The translations under genes were made by a program, and so were the position numbers. The notes below the pieces were generated by a model. The model was not told where the DNA came from, searched no databases, and saw nothing but the letters and a program-made list of their open reading frames with translations. A DNA stretch of 56,640 nt, counting the filler, from Sphacelaria rigidula (Eukaryota), in assembly GCA_964200075.2 (NCBI GenBank). It is 5 parts of 5 records of this genome, joined end to end, with 100 filler letters (N's around TTAATTAATTAA, not from the genome) between each part and the next. Parts side by side here need not be neighbours in the genome. Positions count along the whole stretch, not along the records: positions 1 to 11,249 come from CAXNAA020005170.1; positions 11,350 to 22,598 come from CAXNAA020005171.1; 3 more parts are not named here. One strand, given 5' to 3'. Below, piece by piece: positions 1 to 12,143 of the stretch (its first letter is position 1; each line of letters starts with the position of its first letter).

Positions 1-1188
1 GGCAGGTCTAGGTCCCCCACCCGAAATCGCAATTTCATATTTTTCGCAGCGTCCATTGGGCCATGCAAATATGCAATGTGTGGGGGAACATTGGAATTTT
101 CATTTAAGTTCGCCAGCTGCATGGAAGAAATCGACAGCGAAGAGGAAGTGCGACGCAATGCTCCCCGCGTGTCCGGCCTTGGTAACAGGAGTCAGCGACT
201 CATCCGCGTAGAAAAAACAAGAGGCCCATATCTGGCGGCATGAACAAGTCGTTTCTGGGGGGTGCATGTGACACGAGATTTGGCTTCCAGGTTCACCAGC
301 CACCACTGCACACCAATCCCATAGAGCATGAAAGCGAGTATACAGGCACTACGAACCGCAGTTTCCTTTCACAGTCGGATCCGCTCAAGTGTTTATGGTG
401 CTCCACCTTGATCTTTTGAGCTAGTGTTGGCCACTATTCGCCACCTGCACAACACGACACAGAGTAGTACAGTGCTAACTGCCGACGGTAACACGATCTT
501 GAACTTGTGGAAGTAAACGAAAGTTACGTGCCGCAAGCGATCATTGCAAGCACAGCCATTTCTATCTCTATCTGTCGTGGTTACCCGTGTTGTGTGCCGT
601 GCTGTCACCTGTTAAGCTGTACGGCGCAGTCGAGCGTGTCGGGGTACGACAACACATTAGGAATGCCGCTTGGAGTATAACAAGAATGTAGACATACCTT
701 TTTGGATTATGACACGTATTTCGGAGCGAGATATGTGGTAGAATGGGAGCGCTTCCGCGCAGTTTCCTAGTCATACCGGTTGAATGAAACTGATCGTACC
801 AACTGGCAGTCACTTCGCAAGTCTAAATGTAAGCGGACAAGATCACAACGAGGACTAATTACGGGGTCATCGTGTTGGTTTTTTGCTGCTTTGCTTTTTG
901 CTCAACACCTTTCATCTTTATGACCGGAGAATGGCCGGCGAGATAGAGGGTACTATGTACCACTGTGGTCTTTGATCGCGTTGGTGTAGAAGAAAACTAA
1001 ACAGCCGCATCTGCTTGCCTCAAGAGAACGAAACGTATTCATGGAGCTAAAGGCGCCAAAGCTTGACACAGACACCTACCCTCCGCGTACGAATTTTGTA
1101 GCCGCTGTCACTTCGAGCATGCCATCCATGGCCAGACAGTGCACCTCGACACACACTTTGACTCGTTATCATTTTTTTTTCTGATCAG

Positions 1189-4100
1189 GGCGCAGGAAAG
1201 CGGAGTTGGGCAATCGAGAATAGCCTCACGTCGGATGAGGAAGAAACGGCCCGGTGCATCCCGGATATCGACCTCAGGGTCTTGTCTGATTTCGATGAAA
1301 AGCAGGTATACATGGTGTGTCTGTATAGAGCGTACCCACAGAGAGGATAGTGTACTGCATCAAGAAAGGAGCACGTCTTGTCACATCCGCGTTGTCAAGA
1401 GGGCCAGTGAATGCGTGTGCGTGCGTGGTTGTGTCCTGAGGAGAACCCTGGGGTAGCGTCTGTGCTCAACGGTACAATAGGTGGTCCCAACTATATACGA
1501 GGTGTATAATGGTGGACAGCTACAGCAACGCCGCTTCATTCGCATCACTTGAGAAATGCATGTATAGCCTTAGGTGAAGTGGTCGCTGTACTTCGAGGTT
1601 GTCCAAAGCGACAACATTTGAATAATCGTGTAAGAAGCTGCTGCGAATACGATCACAACGTGACAGGACTGCCCTATACGTGGTAATATCCTGGTCGTTC
1701 CTTTGTAGAGTGACTGGAGTTGGCAGGAACACTGGCGACGAAGGTCGCAACCGTCCTCACAGCAACAAAACATGTCCTACTACTGAATAGGATTGTTTCG
1801 GATTAGTTTATATCGTTGATTGTGGTGAGACTTTCAGCAGATAAACGCCGGTTTTACCCAGTGCAGTCTTGCTTGTGTTTGCCTGGGTAGACGTGCTTGA
1901 TTGCGGTTAAGAGGACGAAAACGTACCACATATCCCTCTATGAAACATGAAATGCCAAGGGTCATAAGGCACAAGGTTCCCCGTGGGACCACATACGGTA
2001 CCGCGTTGGTTTCATCCTTTAGTTGCGCGACGTGACATGCGTCACTTTTGGTCCTCATGTTGCCTCGGTCTACGTATTTGAGATGTGACTTTAGAAAAAA
2101 AAATGGCGCTCCTGCGCTACCTTTGCCCTATATCCATCGTGTGTGGATTTGTGTGTGTGTGTGGGGGGGGGGGGGGGGTTTACTCATGATCTTGCATGCC
2201 GCAGTCATAAGGCCATTGACCTGGCATCCCTAGAAAACTGGGACGGAGCACGCTGGGTTTCACCGGACCAAGCTCGCAATCACCGGCGGCGGGAAAAATT
2301 TCGCCTAAAAAACGGGGTTCATGGGTGTTGTGTACGACGGCGTACTTGTGGTGGTGCATTTTCGCGAGGTAGAGCGCCGTCATGCTGCCGACTTTGATTG
2401 AATCGATTATCCCACATTAACTGACTGGCGATGAATGCGGCCGTGGCCATAAGACATGTGTAGCCTGTCGCTGAATTTCAAGATGATTTCTTTCTTTAGT
2501 ACCCGCCGCTCCCTCGAAAAAGGTCTCACAGCAATTGACTATTTTACCACCAACGCCCGGTCCCGACACCGCCTCCTGGGACCCGGATATGTGGCGGAAG
2601 AAGATATCAGAGGAAACCCTTGATACGGATTTTTTTTCATGTACCAGAGCACACGTGCGCAAAATTTCAGGCCTCAACTCCAGAAACCCGTGCAAGAAAT
2701 TGCGCGCGTGTGCGTCAATGTGTACAAACGTACGCGGAATCTCCCTAATTACTCGATTGTAGTTTGCTACCGACCCTTTTTTCGCGCGTCCAAGGTTGCA
2801 TCGGCCGTTTGGGATCAGCTTTTCGAATTTCGCAGCGAACGTTTGTACAAACATTCGCTGGACTACCTCGAGACGAGACTATTATAATTTGTTTTTTTAT
2901 TCTGAGGCAATCTGTACTCGTGCATGAGGGTCTTCACGCTGGGACCCCGGAAACCGGTAGAGAGCGGATAACCCTTGAAATATTCTTCGAAGATTTCGCC
3001 TTTTCCATTTGGATTATCCATATCTACCAGACTGCCAAGTTTGGGGATGATCGAAGTTCTTGCACGACAGGTACAAGGGAAAGCGTCAAGATGTTTTCCG
3101 GGTCTTGGGTGCATGTTGTCAGTGGACATCCGACGACGCCAAAACCCCACATCACCGATATACCCCGTTTTGGGGGGTACAACCCGATTCCGTACAAAAC
3201 GTTTCCACACAGGAATTATGCGTGAGATTTGGTAGCTGAAGGTGCTAGCTAAGGTTCGATTCATGATGAGATTGGGTGCAAATCGTGTCGAGATCTGGCA
3301 TTCATGATTTCAGAACAAAATGAAGGTCCCTGATCGACCGAGGAACATTCTCGCCACCATTGCCACGGCAGAGGACGCGGGAAAAAGTCTAGCTACGTCA
3401 CACTTTTCGCTTGATCGTGGGGCTCAATATGGTACCAATATTTTTATATCGGGTCCGTTCTGCGTTTTGCATCTATGGGGAAAATACATTTCCAAGGTTG
3501 TGTACTGTAGGGTACGGGTTTGTTCGGTAGGGTATGAAACTTATTACGGAAATTACGGAACTGTTCGGTACAGTTGTTGATGTCTTACATGACTTACAGG
3601 ACCTGTCGGCTACGGTATGGAGGTCGTACAGAAACCCTTACCCGCAACCGGATTAATGTATAACGGTATACCCGTGCTCTGGGTAACGGTACACATTTCG
3701 TACAGACCATGCAGAACTGTCGGGTACCGGTATGGAAGTCTTACAGAGCTCACATAACTGACGGGTACGGGTAATGCCGATGAAAATACCCCGGATATAC
3801 TAAAACTCGTGCTCTACATAAAGTTCTGGGCATTCACCCTGAACCAGCCTGCAAGATATTCTTTTTTCGTCCCACTTTTTACCCTCCCCCTTCCTCGAGA
3901 CGAGTCCATGGTCTCGAAGGGTCGAGCTATCCCTCGCTCGGTACACGTCTTACATTACATTTTGGTAGCGCGGATTGAATCATGTCTATCCACTCTCGGA
4001 CCGCGTCGACTGTCGCCCAACACACTCAGCCAAACAGCCAAACAGACACTTTCTCTTTTTTGCTGCTCACGTCCCTACATTTTTGAAAAAAACCAGATAC

Positions 4101-4751
4101 TGTCTGTACTTTTGAGAAAAATACTACAGTAAACTGGACTGATCTGGTGGGAGTAGAGCCGACGCTTTCCCAACTGAATGACGTCAATCGAACCATTGGA
4201 TCACCTGGGTGCGACCAGTGTATTGGCGAGAACAATGTGAACCTCCTCTCAACTTGGCTTGGATCAGTTGTAGTCGAATATGACGATGCCCACGAGAAGA
4301 AGCCACACGCGTGTGATGGGTTCAAAGTGGCTCCTCCCTTTTTTTCTCCCGTCTTGTATCGACGACCAGTCGTGGGTGCTGGAAGCTGGTGACGCGCTGT
4401 ACCTGCCTCCGAGGCTAGCGCACTATGGACTCAGCATGGATGAGGTGTGTTGCCTTCACGTTGTTGCCTTTGTTGCGGTTGCCTTTGTTGTTGTTGTTGT
4501 TCTTCCCGAGGATGTATGGATATCTGAAGTGTTTGCTCTGCACCATGATGAATATCTGACCTGTACTCGCCTTCCGCATGTCACCACCCGCGATGTGGAC
4601 AACAAACAGGAGTGCATGACGTACTCAATAGGTTTCCGAGCACCTTCTACGAGGAACCTGGTTCGCTTTTTCGGAGATCACGTGGCCTCGGTGCTCACAA
4701 AATCGGACAGCTTCTACACCGACCCTGACTTGCAACTGCAGCAAAATCCTG
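1189..4751 (+). CDS. JmjC/cupin 2OG-Fe(II) oxygenase, RoxA/YcfD (ribosomal uL16 hydroxylase)-like; partial, 3 internal exons
   Basis: Exons 1189-1305 (GAGKRSWAIE...PDIDLRVLSDFDEKQ), 4370-4444 (SWVLEAGDALYLPPRLAHYGLSMDE) and 4610-4751 (ECMTYSIGFRAP...FYTDPDLQLQQNPG). All are AG/GT-bounded and phase-compatible. The motifs LExGDxLYLPPxxAHxG, CMTYSIGFRAP and YxDPDL are typical of RoxA/YcfD. The 5' and 3' exons were not found in this segment. Confidence 0.9.
2163..2288 (-). mobile_element. 5'-truncated copy of C-tailed SINE-like family A
   Basis: Reverse complement reads ...GTGCTCCGTC...GGGATGCCAGGTCAATGGCC..ATGACT..GCATGCAAGATCATGAGTAAA followed by a long C run; matches the 3' end of copies at 11460, 12870 and 45000. 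Confidence 0.85.
2300..3400. mobile_element. Composite non-autonomous DNA-element remnant related to 21188-22598
   Basis: 2650-2710 resembles the arm GTGCAAATTTTCAGGGTCTAACTCC of the 22200 element. 3300-3395 aligns by eye with 22105-22197 (GATTTCAGAACA..TGAAGG..CTG..GACCGAGG). Boundaries are approximate. Confidence 0.5.
3505..3830. repeat. Degenerate ~40-bp tandem array (GGTACGGTATGGAAGTCTTACAGA-like units)
   Basis: Repeated units such as CGGTATGGAGGTCGTACAGA, CGGTATGGAAGTCTTACAGA and CGGGTACGGG. Confidence 0.7.
3862..4075 (-). mobile_element. tRNA-derived SINE family B, 5'-truncated and diverged
   Basis: CCCCTTCCTCGAGACGAGTCCATGGTCTCGAAGGG...ATTTTGGTAGCGCGGATTG aligns to the reverse complement of 11784-12090. 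Confidence 0.75.
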
Positions 4752-6902
4752 GTGAGTGAATGGTGTTGTTGATTTTGGCTTCAGAACAAGAGCTTTATTT
4801 GCGGCGTGGAATAGGGCCGTCTTTGATTGACTCATCCCTCTTGATGCATTTCCTCAGCGGTGTGCTTCGGCTTTCAATGACGTGTTGGTGTTACCTCATG
4901 ATACAATCATCAGGTACCTCTTTTTGTTTTGTTCTTGTTTATACTTTTTTGTATTCCGATCTATTCCGATCTTGACATGATTAACGTCAAGGGTTTGGTG
5001 TAGTGCGTTTAACACTTTGCAAAAGGCCACTCATACCTCGAATATCACACGTAGAATTGTAACGTTCCATGACTACCACGCGCCAACATGGAACTAGTCT
5101 GGGGCAGACTGGTAGGTCCCAAGTGCTGCGAAGATTCCTATGGGCGAAGAAGCTGCTTGGGCGAAAATGCGAATGAAAAAAATGACGAATTAAACGTGAT
5201 TGTGGTATTGGCGGTTGGCCAGCAGTGCATTTTCGGCACACACACACGAATCATATCCTACGGATGTGCTCGCTCACATGCTTACTATGCCTCATGAGTT
5301 ACGGTCTTTGGGTTAACACAGGCCCTTAACCGTGTATGATTGTGCGGGAGTTCTTCTCTTCATTGTTTTCCCGGCATTTTTTGGGCTGAAACTCACTTTC
5401 TTTTATGATCATCCTTTCTGTCAGGCAGCTGAACTGCCGGAAAAATCAGTCCGTTTGAAAATGACCATATTTCGCCCCCTTTCCGGGGGCGAAAAAACGA
5501 GACAAAAACAAAGTTCCCCCCCCACAACAAATCCCGGAATATCTTCAACATGTTCCAACAATTGTCATTTTCTAGCTGAAGTGTAGACCGAAAGTATACA
5601 TCAGATTCTTTATTTTCATGGGCTTACCCTCCCATACCTTGCGTGTTACCTTTCCAACGATACCAGATGTAAAGTCACACACACACGCCGTTGATGCAAA
5701 CGCCCCCTTTCAAACCTATCTATCACAATTTGTGGGACAGAGGAAGTAGAACAGAGCGATTGCGTTCTCGGAGTTTGATGTGCTTGCCTCTCTGGGAAGT
5801 GTCTTCCCATACTACTACCGCAGACTTGAGATCGGGATTCCGTAGAGTTGCAGATAATGGGGAGAGGTTTGAGTTTACATCGTATCCTCCCTCCGCCCCG
5901 GTGACCTTACTTGAAGTCAACCGTGCCATTGACAGTCTCTTCATATTCCCCGATTGATTCACCGGCCTACTGCCGCAGAGTATCCTCCCTGTGGGCCATG
6001 CGCGAGGTTTTAGAGCCGAACTATAATGGCAATTCATGCTGATCCCAGTAACGTCCTGTGACCGTCACGCCTCAGTCAGCCTCTTCATTTCCCGCGGTGG
6101 CATCGTAGGCGCTGCTCTCGTCGTCATACTCGTAGTCCAGTAGTTGTCTAGCAACCATGGCCGAACAGTTTAATGACACAAAATGACACACGCGCCGGAA
6201 ATGCTTGCGCTCCAACGGTCATCGAGTAGAATATTTCAATGGCATGGAATAGTTAAAACAAAGACGTGTAGGGGAGGCCCACATGTGACGTGTATGTGGA
6301 GAAAATATAACATTTTATTTTTATTTTTTCGTCATGATAATTTCATCGCTTCCTCGTATCCCTTTCATCTGGGACGAGCCCGTGGTCTCAGGGGAAATAA
6401 ATATTTCCCCCAACACTAGCCATGCACTTGAGTATCGAGGAGGAGATAGTCCAGGAGAGGATCAGCATCCCCAGCATCTCCTCACCCCGCCGACTCCCGT
6501 CCAAATTTGCAAACGTTGATCAACTGATGAGTTGACTCAATTATGCGGTATGACCCATCCACTAGAAGAAGGTATCGCTGGGTTATATACCCCTTAGTCA
6601 TACCGTAAGAAATGAGGTTTATGTGTTGAGTTGTCCGCATTGTGCATTGTTTTTGCTGGTCGCGTCGTCACCCCTTTTAGGGACGGAAATAAAGGTCAGG
6701 ACTGTTCAAAACGGTCGCGTCTGTTGGGGTTCGAAGCCCCACCGTTCTACCCTAACTGAGTCACGACTACTGCTGAATAACTTTAATTTAGACAACCGGG
6801 GCGCGGCCGCATGTCTGCCGCAAACACCTGCGACCTATCAATACGTCCCTCCAATTCCCTTCAATGCGCAGGGTCAATGGATCGATCAGCTGATATCATT
6901 AA

Positions 6903-7917
6903 GGCCGCTTCTTATAGACTGAAAAAAAACCTCTTGAGAAAAGTCGTTTTGGTCAGTCTCCACAGACTTTTTCCAGAACGCGACCTTATAGGACCGTTTT
7001 TCATGAAAAAAGTCTCTGGAAACGGGCTACAATTTGCAGACAGCGGGATTTTGCCAAATCTCTCTGCGAAAAGCCATTGATTTGCAGAGACTTCTCTCTG
7101 TCTGGGAATTGTCGTTCCATCATACATTCCTCACACACCGCATCCGCAATGGTACAGTCAGTGTTCCATCACACACTCCTTGCATACAAGCGTAGTACAG
7201 TCGGTGCAAAAGTAGTTGTCCACGTTGTATGTACAGTCCGTGGCAACAGCATAGCTGCTGCAGCACTCCGTGCATCCTCTTCATGACCGTAGCACCAGGG
7301 ACAGACAGTACAGACAGTAAAGTGCTGTTTTGCCTGCAGAGTTACTACCGTATAATAGCACGATGTCGCCCCTGCTGGCTGTGTTGACTGCTCGTATTGT
7401 TTCATGCTCGTCGTGCCCGCCACCGATTGCGGACTCTGGAGTATTCTGCGTACTGAGACGGTTGCTACTGCACTACTAACGGTCACGTGAATTTGTTGTG
7501 TGCAGTATGACACAAACCGTCTGCTGCACAAATTGCACCGCTTGCGACACGACTACTGTACCAAGCGGCGATCGCCTGAAGTAAGGGTTGATACGCCCAT
7601 CATTACGATCCCTATTATACCAGTAGCTACTGTGCGTGTGCGCGTGTACGTGTGTGTGTGTGTTGCCATCCCATCCATCCTGTACTTCGACGGGATTATT
7701 TACGCGTTGGTTTTACCGCATGCGGTACAAGCACAAAATGCAAATCATGTCCACTACCAGCGTATGCACGCAGGCTAGATGATGGCCTCGGGTGTACAAT
7801 TTTTTCATAGACTTTCAGGAAGGGTTTTGAAAGCTGATATCTCTGGAAAAAATCTGTGAGAAAAGTCGTCCAAAATGACTTTTCTCAGAGACTTTTTTCA
7901 GTCTATAAGAAGCGGCC
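6903..7917. mobile_element. Non-autonomous PIF/Harbinger-type (Tourist-like) element, ~1.0 kb
   Basis: Terminal inverted repeats GGCCGCTTCTTATAGACTGAAAAAA / TTTTTTCAGTCTATAAGAAGCGGCC extending imperfectly for ~80 bp, flanked by TAA at 6900-6902 and 7918-7920. Confidence 0.88.
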
Positions 7918-8567
7918 TAAAGGGACCTTGAAGGTGCATTAGAGGGGCATCTTGAAATTGGCGTGTATCTCCAAGGCCTGTCTAAGCTGTGGCTACGATA
8001 TCGATGCATGCTTACCCGCCAACAATACCACCGCTGCTGATGCATGCACGTATTACGTGTTTTCAAAGGATGACGGAGATGGCACATGTTTATGTCCCAT
8101 ACATTCTCCGCCAACTGAGGAGTATAGCAACCCGGTATTGATTGACCTATTGATTTTCGCACGTCAAGTAATCCCCCATATATTGATTCATCCGTGGTCA
8201 TTATCGACAATATAGATGTACCTGAGGTAAACAAAACATTAGAGATTCGCTGGACAACAGTGAAGAAACATAATGGTAGAACAGGGTAGACTGAAACAAC
8301 AACAAACAAAACACGCCAGAACAGACAAGGACAAAAAAAATGGGAATCAACTAGGAATTGCCGGTCTCCGCAACATGGCTTCAGATGGGGAAAGTCTTGC
8401 GCAAAAGTACATGCACTCATACCCAAACGAGAACAAGCTGTGGGAACAGATTGTTGGTTCTCCATACTAAACTTCATAGCACACCTCTCAAAAACTGAGA
8501 CACGATATCCAGACTTGGGGCATCTAGTGCCTCTGCTCGTAATATATTGATTTCAGTACGAAACCCT

Positions 8568-8918
8568 ATGTGCGCCATATGTGCGCCATAGCTCGAGATA
8601 GATGACGAATTAGGTGCCTATCGTCTCCCCAAGCTCCAGGGAATGTCCACACCAAAAGTTGTCTTCATCCGCTGAATGTATCGTTCGGGGTTTCATATGC
8701 ATTTCAGTATGGACACTATATCCGTACGGTATATGAATTACTAGACATGGGCTTTAATCATCGAGAAAACATTGCCCCAGACTTTTGAGCAGATGAGCAC
8801 CTTTCCCTTGATTGGACGATTAATACGATGTGCGGATCACGACCCAACTCATCTGTGTCAATGGGATATTGCTTCGAGATCTTCAATCCGTTCCTAGGCT
8901 GGCCCAGCTCGTATACAG
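8568..8918 (+). repeat. Dispersed repeat family D (~350 bp), copy 1
   Basis: Aligns by eye with the reverse complement of 49046-49408 (e.g. GGACGATTAATAYGATxTGCxGATCACGxCCCAACTC). Confidence 0.8.
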
Positions 8919-8954
8919 TATGTACATTACGGGTTCAGTGCGAGCTGCGAGCGA

Positions 8955-9250
8955 TTTTTTTTTCCCCACACTTGGAACCCCTCCCCTTCCTCGGGATGAG
9001 TCCGTGGTCTCAAGGGATCAAGCCATCTCTCCCCCGGTACGTGCCTTGTATTTTGGTCTCGCGGATTGGGTCAGCACTCCCACACCGCGTCACACACATG
9101 CTCCGTCTCGAAAGGGATGCGTGGTCAATGGTCAAATGACTAAGGCAAGCAACAAATGAGTACGCCCCCCCCACACCGCGTCAACTCACGTCACACAAAC
9201 CCAGTCGACTAGTTTGTTAACTCACGTTCTCACGCTTTCCACGGTGGAAT
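8955..9250 (-). mobile_element. tRNA-derived SINE family B copy, interrupted by a LINE 3'-end insertion
   Basis: T-run (A-tail on minus strand) at 8955, then body aligning to the reverse complement of 11784-12090, split at 9093-9169. Confidence 0.85.
9093..9172 (+). mobile_element. Extremely 5'-truncated LINE 3' end with oligo-C tail and 14-bp TSD
   Basis: TGCTCCGTCTCGAAAGGGATGCGTGGTCAATGGTCAAATGACTAAGGCAAGCAACAAATGAGTACG-C8, flanked by CCCACACCGCGTCA at 9079-9092 and 9170-9183; homologous to 36487-36560. Confidence 0.85.
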
Positions 9251-11249
9251 TGTACGTCTACCCACCAGTTTTGCGGCCCATCTGTCTCCCTTTTGCGAAT
9301 TCGGGTCTTTGGAGGGTGTGTCGACGTTATTGATCAGCTCATAATTTTCAAAACAAGTGAGCAAGTCACGCATTGTGGAGGTACAGGTTCAGTCGTATCC
9401 TGGAGCACAGTTATTGGGGCGCCTGACCCCCCAAAATGGGCAAAAAAAGTGTCACCGACCAAAAGCACCAACAGACCGGTGATCTCGTTCATCCCCTGAT
9501 TATGCACGCCGTAAAACCCCCCAAAGTACTTGTGATTTGAGTGGGGTTTCCACTTGACGATTTCCCCTTTTCGTCGTCCCGGACTACGAACCACGGCGTG
9601 CCTAGGCTACTCACCGGCGTGTATTTGTCCAAGCTACAATCTGATACTATTGTGGAACCAAAGGAGTTACGGTGATCGAGAAAATCGCAAAGAAAAACAT
9701 GTTTTTTTCACTTTATTTGTTGTAAAACTCGAATCCCGATGAGATAAGAAAAATCGACCACCAGATTTGTAGCTGCCGTCTTGGCGCAGATGATGCGAAA
9801 AAACGCATCCCAATCGACCGCCTTGGCGATGAGTAATGGGAGCGACCGTTTTGGTTATGAGCGCCAACCAGCGCCTCCAACACTTGCCGGTTTCCACGAC
9901 ATGTGAAAACCTCACCACTGTCCAAGGGCCTCAGAATAGATGACACCCATGAATGACTCTTGATACTGCAGATGGTTGATACATCGCATGTGTGGAATGT
10001 TCGGTAGGTGTAGAATTTGAACCTTTGACCGAACCCCTTGAGGCTTCCGTGTCTGCGAGTATTTACCCCCATCTGTGCATCGCTTGTGATAGTGGCAAGA
10101 GTAGCGCTCGTTCTCCTGCACCCGGTGTCATCACCACGCCACCATCGATAGCGTAGCTTTGTATCTAATCTCACCTGGCGGCAAGTGTGGACAATCTCTG
10201 AACTGAAGGAGAAAATAAAGCCAGAGCAAGCTGGCGTTCAAGAAGAGAGAGCAGTATCCGCAATGGCAACACACTCCAACAGCCGTTATAGACATGATCA
10301 TGAGTCGCTCGCACGAAAGCAAGAGTCATCTTTGCGATCTTGCAGGAGCGAAGCGAACAAGTTATAAAACCAAACCTAACCCTAACCACAACAAAAGCAT
10401 ACCGAGAATCCTCGGGCAAGGCGGGTGCAACGTGTTCCCTAGGCGAAGTGTGCGTTGCCAGACCTCAAATCGTTGCCCCAGGCCCCGATTCAGACAAAAA
10501 CGCGTTGTGGGCACGCTAGGAGCATGCTAGAAGCACAGCTCCCATGGAAAGATCCGGATTTCGGTGTTCACAATGAAATCAAGATGGATCAACTCACCCT
10601 CCCGAATGGTCAACTATACTGCGTCAAGACGACACGGAAGACAGGATAAAGTCGTCAGCCCACTTTTGCTGAAGCCACATGGCACCGAAGCCTCATTCAT
10701 GTCTTTCAGTGCACCAACCCGTCCTAAGACACGCGTCCGTTGTATCGGCAGTGGTGGGTGACGGCCGACGGTTTGTTTTGATTCCCTCTTGGAACACGAT
10801 ATCCTAGAAGTCCGATAAAAATCATGCATATTCATGAAATGAAGAGACATACCCACGAAACAACAACGACGCTTGCACAGGGCGAGTCATTCATCCGCTA
10901 AAATTGTAGAACGATGGGATCCGATAAATCAAACTCCTCAGAGCATGACGAGGAACGCGAGGAAGTAGACCAACATCCGCCCAGCCTACATGACAAATCC
11001 GGCGACTGTACTCCACTCGTCTGTGTAAGGGCCGTCCTCGTCGAAGTTCATCAGTACATATGGTTCTGTCGCATATTGAGCATATGATTTTGCAAAAAAG
11101 ATGGTTCAGCGTTCCCGTTCCAGGCGTTGGGCTACAAATGTTCATGATTGATATTGCTTGGTTTGAGTGTGTACAACGAGAATCGGAATTCAAGTAGCAC
11201 TGACAATCCCGTGGGCTCCTCGTGTAAGCAGAACGTGTTTTCGTTGAAA

Positions 11250-11349
11250 NNNNNNNNNNNNNNNNNNNNNNNNNNNNNNNNNNNNNNNNNNNNTTAATTA
11301 ATTAANNNNNNNNNNNNNNNNNNNNNNNNNNNNNNNNNNNNNNNNNNNN
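11250..11349. other. Artificial 100-bp contig spacer
   Basis: N44 + TTAATTAATTAA (stops in all frames) + N44. Confidence 0.97.
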
Positions 11350-11459
11350 AGGCGCTTCATGCAACCTGAACCCGAACATCAGGCACTGTATGGCCATTTT
11401 TTTCGCGACACTTTTCGCTGGTTTTGGGGGGGGCTATCGTAATAAGAGTCCCCCCCATC

Positions 11460-11761
11460 AGACACCCATGAGGTAATGCAGCCCATGGCTGTCTCTGGAA
11501 GTGGCGACACCAGAAAACGGAGCAACTCATTGGAGGTTATCATCCACATGCAAGATCATTATTACGACTCGGACCGAACAATTTTTGCAGGATGCAGGTC
11601 ACCCCTCATGCGAATCGCCGAACACATCACGGCGCTTCGCGGTCGGTGATGGCGAACCTAGTCCGACGAAAACCCGAACCGCTCCGTGCTGGCTTTGTAG
11701 GGATGCGAGGTCAATGGTCTAATGACTAGCTCTATGTCACACAAGATCACGAGTACACCCC
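11460..11761 (+). mobile_element. C-tailed SINE-like family A
   Basis: GACACCCATGAGG...GGCTGTCTCTGGAAGTGGC...GCCGAACACATCACGGCGC...GGTCAATGGTC...GAGTACACCCC; homologous copies at 12870, 40890 (-), 45000 and 2163 (-). Confidence 0.85.
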
Positions 11762-11783
11762 GTCGATAGGTCTGCGCAGTCTC

Positions 11784-12143
11784 GCCGCCGCACCCCGGTG
11801 GTGTAATGGTCCGACTGCCGCCATTAGGGTGGAGAGAACGAGGGTTCGATTCTCGATGCTGCGTTGAGTTTTTTCTCCGTAGTATCTGATTTCCGCCGTG
11901 GAAAGCGTGAGGACATGAGTAAACAAAGTAGTCGACTGAGTTTGTTTGACGTGAATTGATGCGGTACGGGAGTGCTGATAGTCATCACCCAATCCGCGAG
12001 ACCAAAATGCAAGGCGTGTACTAGGGAGAGAGGGGTTGATCCCTTGAGACCACGGACTCATCCCGAGGAGGGGGGGGGGTTCAAAGTGTGAACAATATAG
12101 AAAATAATAATAAGAATGATAACAACAACAACAACAACAAATA
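11784..12143 (+). mobile_element. tRNA-derived SINE family B, near full length
   Basis: Pol III A-box-like TGGTGTAATGG and B-box GGTTCGATTC in the head, a conserved body ending GAGACCACGGACTC...GGGTTCAAAGTG, and an (AAT)n/(CAA)n tail. Confidence 0.85.

Noticed and set aside
2417-3264. 133-153-aa ORFs on both strands
   Set aside because: They overlap MITE-like repeat sequence and have no recognisable motifs or splice structure.
9250-11249. Endogenous virus or transposase gene
   Set aside because: Only short stop-ridden frames are present, with no viral or transposase hallmark motif recognised.
11294-11305. TTAATTAATTAA as a regulatory or recombination site
   Set aside because: It is identical in all four N-flanked spacers and is a synthetic all-frame stop linker.
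11784-11860. Functional tRNA genes at SINE heads (also 34755, 42699, 49738)
   Set aside because: They have A/B boxes but no intact cloverleaf, and the family-B heads continue into a shared repeat body.
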